From assembly GCA_050946195.1 (NCBI GenBank), contig JBMNUI010000001.1, positions 2,283 to 66,282 of the forward strand: a stretch of 64,000 nt of DNA, in the 5' to 3' direction. This DNA comes from Eubacteriales bacterium. GTDB lineage: Bacteria; Bacillota; Clostridia; Oscillospirales; CAG-272. The notes under the pieces were generated by a model, which was not told the origin of the DNA, did not search any database, and worked only from the letters and a program-made list of their open reading frames with translations. The translations under genes and the position numbers were made by a program. Numbering within the stretch: the stretch's first letter is position 1; each line of letters begins with the position of its first letter. Shown in pieces: positions 28,460 through 36,167 of the stretch.

Positions 28460-29251
28460 ATGAACAACAAATTGATGTCTATTCTCATTATCGCATGCTG
28501 CGCCATGATGATTCTGACCATCTGCACCGACGCTGCAGGAGAAACTTTAAACTGGTACTGCAAGCGGAACAAAAACCACCTGCAGCCCCGCTGCGACCCT
28601 GACATGCAGTTCATAGAAAAATATGACGGCTACTATGTCGATAAGAATCACGGCGACACAGCTTCGAATCGCGTGGTCTATCTCACCTTTGACGCAGGAT
28701 ACGACAACGGAAATGTCGGCAAGGTGCTTGATGTTCTGAAAGAAAAAGAGGTCCGGGCGGCATTTTTTATTCTCGCCCACCTTGTAAAAAAGAACACCGA
28801 CCTTGTGCGGCGGATGGCCGACGAGGGACATCTTGTATGCAATCACACGGCAAGCCACAAGGATATGACAAAATTCCAAAGTCTTGAGGAATTCGGTGCT
28901 GAACTGAAGAAGCTCGAAGACATTTACACCGAATATACCGGTCGCGAAATTGCACGTTATTACCGGCCGCCGGAAGGGAAGTTCAACGAGGAAAACCTGA
29001 AATTTGCCCAGCAGATCGGTTACAAGACTATATTCTGGAGCCTGGCCTACGCCGACTGGGACAACGAAAGACAACCCGACCCCGAGGAGGCCTATAACCT
29101 TATAATGAGCAATATCCACAACGGCGCAATAATCCTTCTGCATCCCATCTCAAGCACCAACGCTAAAATTCTCGGACGGCTTATAGACCAGCTCAGGGGT
29201 GAGGGTTACAGCTTCGGCACTCTTGACCAACTGACCAACGGGGAAAAATGA
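28460..29251 (+). CDS. pdaA: Delta-lactam-biosynthetic de-N-acetylase-like polysaccharide deacetylase (PdaA-like)
   Basis: NWYCKRNKNH...VYLTFDAGYDNGN...VLDVLKEKEVRAAFF...GHLVCNHTASH is collinear with B. subtilis PdaA as I recall it. The ORF track starts at GTG 28451; ATG 28460 has SD AAGGTG. Confidence 0.7.
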   Translation: MNNKLMSILIIACCAMMILTICTDAAGETLNWYCKRNKNHLQPRCDPDMQFIEKYDGYYVDKNHGDTASNRVVYLTFDAGYDNGNVGKVLDVLKEKEVRAAFFILAHLVKKNTDLVRRMADEGHLVCNHTASHKDMTKFQSLEEFGAELKKLEDIYTEYTGREIARYYRPPEGKFNEENLKFAQQIGYKTIFWSLAYADWDNERQPDPEEAYNLIMSNIHNGAIILLHPISSTNAKILGRLIDQLRGEGYSFGTLDQLTNGEK

Positions 29252-29931
29252 AACGGCTTGTCTGTCTTGTTACTGCAGCCCTGCTTGTGGTCCTGGCTGT
29301 GCTGTCGGCCTCGGCGCAGGATTCTTCAATCGTGGTTTTCAAGAAAAAAATTGAGAATCCGAAGATAATCGCCCTGACCTTTGACGACGGACCGCACCCG
29401 CGCCACACAATGGAGATTCTCGATATCCTGCGCAAATATGATGTGAGAGCGACCTTTTTTGTTGTCGGGGAAAAAGCCGGGTACTATCCCGACGTGCTCA
29501 GGCGGATAGTGAAAGAAGGACACGAAATCGGCAACCATACATTCAGCCACAAATGCTTTAAAAACCTGACTGCCTCCCAGATGAAAAGCGAAATCGAACG
29601 CTGCGACAACTTGCTAAATGAAATATGCGGATATAAAACAAAGCTGTTCCGCCCGCCCGAGGGAGTGCTGCCGGGCTCGATATACCGATATATCAAGGAT
29701 GAAAACTATACCGTAATCCTCTGGAACATCGACACGCGCGACTGGGCAGGCACACCAGCCGAAGCTATGTTAAAAAATATCAAGGAGAATGTTTCATCCG
29801 GGGATATTATTCTCATGCATGACTATACGCGCAGGGGCCATACGGTTGAAGCGCTTAAGATGATAATACCTTATCTTATTGATGAGGGGTACAAATTTGT
29901 GACAATTAGTGAGCTTTTAGGGTATGATTAG
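29248..29931 (+). CDS. NodB-homology polysaccharide deacetylase with N-terminal signal/anchor
   Basis: ALTFDDGPHP, GHEIGNHTFSH, LFRPPEG and ILMHD motifs. ATGA overlap with pdaA. Confidence 0.8.
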   Translation: MKRLVCLVTAALLVVLAVLSASAQDSSIVVFKKKIENPKIIALTFDDGPHPRHTMEILDILRKYDVRATFFVVGEKAGYYPDVLRRIVKEGHEIGNHTFSHKCFKNLTASQMKSEIERCDNLLNEICGYKTKLFRPPEGVLPGSIYRYIKDENYTVILWNIDTRDWAGTPAEAMLKNIKENVSSGDIILMHDYTRRGHTVEALKMIIPYLIDEGYKFVTISELLGYD

Positions 29932-30022
29932 TCCGTTACCGGCAGTACCCGTGGGAATTGCTGTTTTGTGCAATTATCCCTCCGTCCCCTCATTAATATC
30001 ACATTCCACTAATGTCAAATAA

Positions 30023-30057
30023 CTAAAAAGGCGCGGGTATTGGACCTGCGCCTTTTT
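30023..30057. terminator. Bidirectional hairpin terminator
   Basis: AAAAAGGCGCGGGT...ACCTGCGCCTTTTT: an A-run, a 9-bp stem with one mismatch, then a T-run. Confidence 0.65.
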
Positions 30058-30076
30058 ATCAGCGATATAGGTATTA

Positions 30077-30187
30077 AAGTTTTTAGGGATTCTCAATACC
30101 ATTTTCTCGAAAAGGGTCTTGAGCGGGGTGTGGGGCGGAGCCCCGCGAAGAAAAGCAGGGGTTCTGGGACATTGCCCCCTAATAAAA
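30077..30187 (+). repeat. Copy D of the repeat family (degenerate module 1 plus 2 hairpin units)
   Basis: AAAGTTTTTAGGGATTCTCAATACC...GGGTCTTGAG, then CGGGGTGTGGGGCGGAGCCCCGCGAAGAAAAGC and AGGGGTTCTGGGACATTGCCCCCTAATAAAA. It ends 5 nt from the stop codon (30193-30195) of the minus-strand gene. Confidence 0.75.
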
Positions 30188-30192
30188 CCGGG

Positions 30193-31155
30193 TTACTCCG
30201 CCGGCTCGTCGGCAGACGGCTCGGTGTCCTCGGGCGGCGGCTCGATCATATATTTTTCGATAACCGGGTAAGCGGCGTATGTCGCGATATAGCCCGAGAC
30301 CGCCATGAAGTAGAAGAAGGGAAGTATCAGCGGAAAGATAATGTTAAAGGGCGCTAAGATGTAGAACAACAAGTAATTCAGGGCCAGCACGGTCACAATT
30401 CCGAGGGCCGCCATAGTATTGCGCTTAATGCCGAGCACCGTGAAAATCAGGGAGTTTTTGATTATCTTCCAGGTTTTCAGGTCAAATGTGATAAGCTGCA
30501 GATACACATAATAACGCATTGTAAAATATACTAAAATCAGGGCAATCACGGCCACGTAGAAGATGTTCATCAGGTAGGAGCCGCTGTTCTGGGAATAGAA
30601 CATGAGATTCCAGAAAAGCAGGAAAATCACCGAAATGTCAATAAGTCCGACAAAAAAGCCCTGCCGGAAATTCTTTTTTATGGCATAAAAGTAGTCCGAA
30701 ACTATAAAAACAGGGTCGCCCCGCACCAGCCCGCGCAGAAGGTAAGTTCCGCCCACATTTTGCCACCCAAAGGTCAGCACGTAGACTAAGGCTATTGCTC
30801 CGATGACGTAATAGACATAGGAATTGTAAACCGGAACGCCAAGCTGTTGGCTGACCGTGGCGAGCAAGAGGTCGTTTGCCGGCGACGGCGACATGAAGGC
30901 AGCACCGTAAGCGGTGGGATAGAGCACATCTATTGCCGTACTTCGGGTCGGCCCGGTCAAAAAGACAAAGACCGCCGCGATAATCGGCAGTATTTGAAAC
31001 ACCATGAGCAGGTTCACCGAGATCAGCTTGCCGAATTTCCTTTTAAAATACTTAAAGAAATTTCGGAAATTCTTTGGCCCGTCTTCGCCTTTCTCGACGC
31101 CCTTGCCGTCCCGGTTCATGTCAAAGAGTTTGAACTTCCTTTTTTTTGCTTCCAA
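30193..31155 (-). CDS. Multi-pass membrane protein, DUF624/YesL-like
   Basis: Polar N-terminus followed by about 6 TM segments. The pattern F-x-x-F-K-x-N-F-x-Q and N-L-L-x-x-x-x-x-L-P is reminiscent of YesL-family proteins. TTG start 9 nt after AGGA. AT-rich relative to the window. Confidence 0.45.
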   Translation of the reverse strand: MEAKKRKFKLFDMNRDGKGVEKGEDGPKNFRNFFKYFKRKFGKLISVNLLMVFQILPIIAAVFVFLTGPTRSTAIDVLYPTAYGAAFMSPSPANDLLLATVSQQLGVPVYNSYVYYVIGAIALVYVLTFGWQNVGGTYLLRGLVRGDPVFIVSDYFYAIKKNFRQGFFVGLIDISVIFLLFWNLMFYSQNSGSYLMNIFYVAVIALILVYFTMRYYVYLQLITFDLKTWKIIKNSLIFTVLGIKRNTMAALGIVTVLALNYLLFYILAPFNIIFPLILPFFYFMAVSGYIATYAAYPVIEKYMIEPPPEDTEPSADEPAE

Positions 31156-31168
31156 GTCAGGTAATCCT

Positions 31169-31810
31169 TTACAAAATCATGTTGAGCAGAAATCTGTATC
31201 CGAAATCGGCCAGTATTACATAGCCGAACAAAATCAAAAAAATCAGGTTGTATTTCCAGAAATACCAGGATTTCAGCAGGGAATAGATGTTTCTGTAATA
31301 CCTCCAGCGGTTTGAATACAACTCGGAGACAACCCCGCTCGAGATAATAACCGAGCACAAAACAAGCATACGCAAAAGAAACAGGATTGTCACAAGGATC
31401 CTTCCGCCCCCGGCTTGCTGCGCGTGCAACAGGTCAATGCACATTGAGGATGACAGGCCGTAGAACACGCCCGAAAACAGCAGAATAGTGCGGTCGATAA
31501 GCCCCGTTATGTATGTAAATCCTGCTATTAATATTATAAACGATATTTTAAAGATGTCAACCGAATTATAAACAATATCGTAGATAAGCCCGGTTGAGAG
31601 CGAGCCGGCAGGTGGAGGGAGGAACATCGTGCTGATTCGGGCTGTCATCACCTCCGGCAGGCTGTCAAGGAGAAAAAGATTGAGAAGCGCGCCGAGGCAG
31701 GCGGCAAAAGCAAAAAGGATTGTATAAATCACCGCCAGCCTTGTCCGGGCATATCCGGGACGGTTGAGCTGCCTGAGCCTCTCAATATCAATTCCGCCGG
31801 CCGTCTCCAT
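31169..31810 (-). CDS. Integral membrane protein (~5 TM), weak SpoIIM/DUF95-like pattern; function unknown
   Basis: Co-oriented with the gene above, 13 nt upstream of it. The YNSVDIFKISFIILIAGFTYITGLIDRTILLFSGVFYG spacing resembles the F-x-N...G...G...N-G-x-x-x-G core of SpoIIM-type proteins. This is pattern-level only. Confidence 0.35.
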   Translation of the reverse strand: METAGGIDIERLRQLNRPGYARTRLAVIYTILFAFAACLGALLNLFLLDSLPEVMTARISTMFLPPPAGSLSTGLIYDIVYNSVDIFKISFIILIAGFTYITGLIDRTILLFSGVFYGLSSSMCIDLLHAQQAGGGRILVTILFLLRMLVLCSVIISSGVVSELYSNRWRYYRNIYSLLKSWYFWKYNLIFLILFGYVILADFGYRFLLNMIL

Positions 31811-31816
31811 GCCAAT

Positions 31817-31858
31817 TTGTCCTCGCTTTATGTTCTATACTTAATGATATGAGGACAA
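31817..31858. promoter_or_regulatory. 8-bp inverted repeat TTGTCCTC / GAGGACAA involving the SD of the 31810 gene; also matches SpoIIID-box-like GGACAAG/GGACAAA
   Basis: TTGTCCTC at 31817-31824 (on the minus-strand mRNA this is the SD GAGGACAA, 9 nt before the ATG). GAGGACAA at 31851-58 with GGACAAG at 31853-59. 26-nt spacer. Confidence 0.35.
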
Positions 31859-32137
31859 GGCTGAAATTATCCGTGCGGCAGGTCAGAAGATATTTAAATG
31901 TCAGCGACCCCGGCGCATAATTCCAAGTGCATTGTTTTGTATAATTTGTATAATTTCCATTTAGTGTTTTTGCTTCGGCGAATTATTAAGCAGGCTTATA
32001 ATATTTGTTCGCCTTATGTCATAAGATTAAGTGAGGACTTGTACCCGGCAACTGTAGCACGGGCTTTTCCAAGAGACCTCATCATTTATTTTATCAAATA
32101 TTATTTTAGCCGCTCCGTGCGGCACGGGAGTAATATT

Positions 32138-32443
32138 ATGATGTATATATCCGGGAACAAGGAGAGATGCGTCCAGATTGCCGCATACATGATAGAAAAC
32201 AACGCGACGGTAAGGAGCGCCGCGAAAAAATTCGGGATAAGCAAAAGCACGGTACATAAAGACGTAACCCAGACTCTGCGCCAGATCAACAAGCCTTTGT
32301 ACTTTGAAGTTAAAAAGGTGCTTGAAATAAACAAACGCGAAAGACATATCCGGGGCGGCGAGGCGACCAGAAAAAAGTATTCGGCAATGGCCGGTAAGGA
32401 CACCGGCAACACGGGCGGCAAGCCGCAAAATCAGGCGCAATAG
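32138..32443 (+). CDS. spoIIID: Stage III sporulation protein D (mother-cell HTH transcription factor)
   Basis: ERCVQIAAYMIENNATVRSAAKKFGISKSTVHKDVTQTLRQIN...RHIRGGEATRKKY is collinear with B. subtilis SpoIIID. Start at ATG 32138 with SD GGGAG; the ORF-track 5' extension has no support. Confidence 0.9.
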   Translation: MMYISGNKERCVQIAAYMIENNATVRSAAKKFGISKSTVHKDVTQTLRQINKPLYFEVKKVLEINKRERHIRGGEATRKKYSAMAGKDTGNTGGKPQNQAQ

Positions 32444-32487
32444 TGTCTTTTTGTTAATAAAGGGAACCGTGGGCCGAGTGTGTAATA

Positions 32488-32515
32488 ATTATACAAAATG
32501 CAAATTTTGTATAAT
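32488..32515. repeat. Perfect 12-4-12 palindrome ATTATACAAAAT-GCAA-ATTTTGTATAAT
   Basis: Read directly from the sequence. It lies 45 nt downstream of the spoIIID stop and 242 nt upstream of the next gene. Confidence 0.7.
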
Positions 32516-32681
32516 AAGGGAGAGCGTTCAGGGCATCAGGAGGCTAAACCGGAGGTTATCAAAGCAAAAACGGTAGGAACAAAAAAGTATAAGATGTCCT
32601 CGTTTATTGTAGATATTATACAATCCGGCACAATAAATATGTCAAATGAACACAAAAATTGATTACTGAAACAAAAAATAT

Positions 32682-32710
32682 TTGCATGAAAGAACAATAT
32701 ATGATATAAT
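32682..32710 (+). promoter_or_regulatory. Sigma-A-type promoter for the 140-aa gene
   Basis: TTGCAT (32682-32687), 17-bp spacer, TATAAT (32705-32710). SD GGGAGG at 32743-32748. Confidence 0.45.
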
Positions 32711-32756
32711 TTAATTAGCTCTCTAATGTATAAAAAAATATTACGGGAGGAAGACT

Positions 32757-33179
32757 ATGGCTATAAAGATGAGAGTGCTCTACTGGTCCAAAAAGGCCAA
32801 AATGAGGACAATAGCAAATGTAATCAAGAACGAATTCGGACTTGCCATGAATGCAGTGGACGTTATCCCCCCGGCCTATTCTTGCGACAAGGAAAGAATA
32901 GTGATCCTCTGCATCTCAAGCAAGGAAGAACCCGAAGACCAGCTGAGACTCTTCTGTAACGGGCTTAACAAGCAAAGGGCTCAGAACGTCGCTCTCATAA
33001 TTGACGGAAATGAGAAAGGCGCAAAGTATATAAAGGATATGATCAATCAGGCCGGAGCCAACCTGATAGAAGACGTGCTGTTCGTAAAAGGCGGTCTGCC
33101 CTTCCTGTCAAAACTCAGCGATGAAGAGAAAAATGCGGTAATTGAATGGGCGCATAAGGTAGTCGACAATCTGCAGTAA
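32757..33179 (+). CDS. Small flavodoxin-fold-like protein with a degenerate phosphate-binding loop; function unknown
   Basis: 140 aa. VLYWSKKAKMRTIANVI occupies the position of the flavodoxin Y-x-S-x-T-G-N-T-E loop but lacks T-G-N-T. Confidence 0.45.
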   Translation: MAIKMRVLYWSKKAKMRTIANVIKNEFGLAMNAVDVIPPAYSCDKERIVILCISSKEEPEDQLRLFCNGLNKQRAQNVALIIDGNEKGAKYIKDMINQAGANLIEDVLFVKGGLPFLSKLSDEEKNAVIEWAHKVVDNLQ

Positions 33180-33201
33180 AAATCAGGCTTTTTGGAGTTT
33201 T

Positions 33202-33260
33202 ATTATACAAAATATTATTGGGGGTTCCCTTCTCAATTTTCAAAAACAATTATACAAAAT
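33202..33260. repeat. Two further exact copies of the 12-mer ATTATACAAAAT
   Basis: Copies at 33202-33213 and 33249-33260, just downstream of the 140-aa gene. Confidence 0.7.
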
Positions 33261-33326
33261 TTAAGATTATAACGGTACCGGGCGGCCGGGCCGTTTTTTG
33301 TTATTAGACATTAGGTCTATAAACTA

Positions 33327-33350
33327 TTCGGGGGCAGCGCCCCCGAAAAA
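33327..33350. repeat. Copy E of the repeat family (single unit hairpin)
   Basis: TTCGGGGGCAGCGCCCCCGAAAAAA, 5 nt from the stop codon (33356-33358) of the minus-strand gene. Confidence 0.6.
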
Positions 33351-33355
33351 ATACA

Positions 33356-34042
33356 TTACTTCATCGTTGCGTACTCGATTTTCTCAATCAAGAGTTTTCC
33401 GGTCTTGTTGGAAAGTGTGATATACTGCTTTCTTGATGCGTCACTGCCGATGTCGGTTCTGAAGGTTCCGTTGTTGTATCTTATCATGTATTCGAGCGTG
33501 AAGAGGTAGCCGTCGCCGGTTTCTGACATTTTTGTTATCATGATATTGTAGAGTTTCTGCATTGTGAAGGCTTCTTTTTTCTCATTTCCTTCTACCTCGA
33601 AATAAGCCTCCTCAAAACAGGCATTGTAAGACTCGGCATCCCCCGCAATGATATAGTTGACAAAATCCACCATGAAGCGCACGCCTTCGTCATAATTATC
33701 GTAGGTCTCGGGCTCGATTGCAACCGTCACACCGGTATCGAGTTCACGGTAGTATATGCTCCGGTCAAGCCCCATGTAATACTCGTCTTTGTATATGTCC
33801 TCGCTGTAGTCGGGCTTGTGGAATATTATAGTCTGCTTGGTTGGGTTATACACATCATTGTCGCGTTCTTCCAGCTTTTTGGCAATGAGATTTATCAGGG
33901 GCGCGGCCGAGTAATATAAAATGACAAAAAGCAGGATTGCCGCAAAACAGCAGAGAATTATCCTCTTTAATTTTCTGGTCTCTTCCCTTCCCCCGCGCCG
34001 CTGGATTTCGGGCGGGATTATCGGCTTATCGTTGTTATGCAT
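33356..34042 (-). CDS. Membrane-anchored protein of unknown function (single N-terminal TM)
   Basis: Basic N-terminus, then the TM segment IILCCFAAILLFVILYY, then a ~170-aa soluble domain rich in Tyr/Glu/Asp. No motif recognised. Confidence 0.5.
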   Translation of the reverse strand: MHNNDKPIIPPEIQRRGGREETRKLKRIILCCFAAILLFVILYYSAAPLINLIAKKLEERDNDVYNPTKQTIIFHKPDYSEDIYKDEYYMGLDRSIYYRELDTGVTVAIEPETYDNYDEGVRFMVDFVNYIIAGDAESYNACFEEAYFEVEGNEKKEAFTMQKLYNIMITKMSETGDGYLFTLEYMIRYNNGTFRTDIGSDASRKQYITLSNKTGKLLIEKIEYATMK

Positions 34043-34142
34043 GGCTCCGCCCTCTTTTCGTAGTGGTTATTACATTTCAATTTTATCACATTTAGACAAA
34101 TAACGCAAGTGCCGGATAAAGGTAAAATGTTGGCATATTCTA

Positions 34143-34171
34143 TTGATGTTTTGTCGGCCGTGTGCTATAAT
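34143..34171 (+). promoter_or_regulatory. Sigma-A-type promoter with a ~90-nt leader
   Basis: TTGATG (34143-34148), 17-bp spacer, TATAAT (34166-34171). Confidence 0.45.
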
Positions 34172-34264
34172 GAAATGAAAATCGGCGGCATTTGCGGCCT
34201 GAATCCGACCGCGGGATCATGTTTTCAGAATCCCGGCCGCAACAAACAAATTCCCGGAGAATCT

Positions 34265-35485
34265 ATGAAATACCTGACACTCATCCCAGACGGAATGGCC
34301 GACCGGCCGATACCTGGGCTTGACAACAAAACCCCGATGGAAGCAGCCAAAAAGCCCTGTATGGACAGGCTGGCACAAATGTCGATAGTCGGCACCGTCC
34401 TCAACGTGCCGGACGGAATGGTACCCGAAAGCGACACGGCGAATATGTCGATACTCTCTTTTGACCCGGCGATATACTCGCACGGCCGCTCACCGCTTGA
34501 GGCTGCCAGCATGGGGATTGAAATGGCCCCTGAGGACACCGCCTACAGGTGTAACCTCGTCACGCTCAGCGACAAGGGCGAATATGAAGCAAAAGTAATG
34601 CTCGACCACAGCGCCGATGAAATCTCAACCGAAGAAGCCGACATACTGATAAAGGCGCTCGACCAAAAGCTCGGCAACCCCACGATGAAGTTTTACACCG
34701 GGGTGAGCTACCGGCATTGCCTTATCATCAAGGGCGGCAACGACAAATACGACTTCATGCGCCCTCACGACATCATAGGGCGCAAAATCAGGGAATACCT
34801 TCCCCGAGAGGACAACGGCGGCGGGCAGTTCCTTGAGCTGATGAAAAAGAGCTATGAGATACTCGCCGACCACCCGGTAAACCGCAGCCGCCGCGCGCGC
34901 GGCCTCAAGCCCGCAAACTCGGCATGGCTCTGGAGCCCCGGCAAAAAACCGCAGCTGCCGTCATTCACCGAAAAATGGAAGCTCAGGGCCGCGGTCATCT
35001 CTGCCGTCGACCTTATCAAGGGCATAGGGCTCTGTGCCGGGATGACGCCTATCAGCGTGCCGGGTGCGACCGGGAACATTCACACCAATTTCAAAGGCAA
35101 GGCCGAAGCCGCAATTGGGGCATTTTGCGACGGCTATGACTTTGTATATATCCACATCGAAGCCCCCGACGAATGCGGACACCGCGCCGAGATTGAAAAC
35201 AAAGTAAAATCAATCGAAATCATCGACGAGGCGGTGCTCCGCCCGGTTTACGAGTATCTGCAGACCTGCGGGGACGATTATAAAATCCTCGTCCTCCCCG
35301 ACCATCCAACGCCGATTGAGATCCGCACCCATTCCCGGGAGCCGGTTCCCTTTTTCATTTACTCCTCGACCAAAAAGGAACGCGGAGTGCCGGCTTTCAC
35401 CGAAGAGGCGGCAAGGCAGACCGGCCTCTACATACCAGAAGGCCATCACCTGCTCGACTTAGCAATAAACAATCAAAAGAGGTAG
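34265..35485 (+). CDS. Cofactor-independent phosphoglycerate mutase family protein (ApgM-type; the same family includes proposed non-orthologous homoserine kinases)
   Basis: MKYLTLIPDGMADRPIPGLDNKTPMEAAKKPCMDRLA plus a C-terminal metal site HIEAPDECGH. Start at ATG 34265 with SD GGAGA. Confidence 0.75.
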   Translation: MKYLTLIPDGMADRPIPGLDNKTPMEAAKKPCMDRLAQMSIVGTVLNVPDGMVPESDTANMSILSFDPAIYSHGRSPLEAASMGIEMAPEDTAYRCNLVTLSDKGEYEAKVMLDHSADEISTEEADILIKALDQKLGNPTMKFYTGVSYRHCLIIKGGNDKYDFMRPHDIIGRKIREYLPREDNGGGQFLELMKKSYEILADHPVNRSRRARGLKPANSAWLWSPGKKPQLPSFTEKWKLRAAVISAVDLIKGIGLCAGMTPISVPGATGNIHTNFKGKAEAAIGAFCDGYDFVYIHIEAPDECGHRAEIENKVKSIEIIDEAVLRPVYEYLQTCGDDYKILVLPDHPTPIEIRTHSREPVPFFIYSSTKKERGVPAFTEEAARQTGLYIPEGHHLLDLAINNQKR

Positions 35486-35490
35486 CGTCA

Positions 35491-36147
35491 ATGGAAATGA
35501 GCAATGAGGGCGGCGGGAGCGTCAGCCCCGAATCTACAAGCATCCAAGTCCCTGACAGCGCCCCGAGCCGGGAGAAAAAGACCTCGCTTGCATCGGAACT
35601 TTTTGATTACGTCGAGATTTTCGTCTATTCGGTCTGCGCGGTAATTCTTGTATTTACATTCATCATCAGGCTCTGCAGCGTCGACGGGCCCTCTATGAAG
35701 CAGACACTCCACAACAAAGAGGTTCTTCTCGTCTCAAATCTCAACTATACGCCAAATCAGGGCGACATAATAGTCTTCCACATGACCGGCAGCCCGGATC
35801 CCGACCTGAACAAGCCGATAGTCAAGCGCGTGATTGCCACCGCCGGCAAATATGTCAGGATTGACTATGACGCCGGGCTGGTTTATGTCTCAGACGACAA
35901 TCTGTTTGAAGAGGACGACATACTCGACGAGAGCGGATATATTTATCTTTCAAACGGCAGATGGAATAAGTCCGGGGTATATGAAACCTATGTCCCCGAG
36001 GGGTATCTTTTCGTCATGGGCGACAACCGGAACAATTCCCGTGACAGCCGCGACTCCATGATCGACCTGCTCGACCAGCGCCGGGTATTCGGCAAGGTAC
36101 TCCTCAGGCTGTTCCCGCTCTCCAAGGCGGGAAGCGTGTATAAATAA
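35491..36147 (+). CDS. lepB: Signal peptidase I
   Basis: S26 boxes GPSMKQTL, GDIIVF, KRVIATAG and FVMGDNRNNSRDSR. Confidence 0.85.
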   Translation: MEMSNEGGGSVSPESTSIQVPDSAPSREKKTSLASELFDYVEIFVYSVCAVILVFTFIIRLCSVDGPSMKQTLHNKEVLLVSNLNYTPNQGDIIVFHMTGSPDPDLNKPIVKRVIATAGKYVRIDYDAGLVYVSDDNLFEEDDILDESGYIYLSNGRWNKSGVYETYVPEGYLFVMGDNRNNSRDSRDSMIDLLDQRRVFGKVLLRLFPLSKAGSVYK

Positions 36148-36167
36148 GAAATTTCAAGGAGCGTCAA

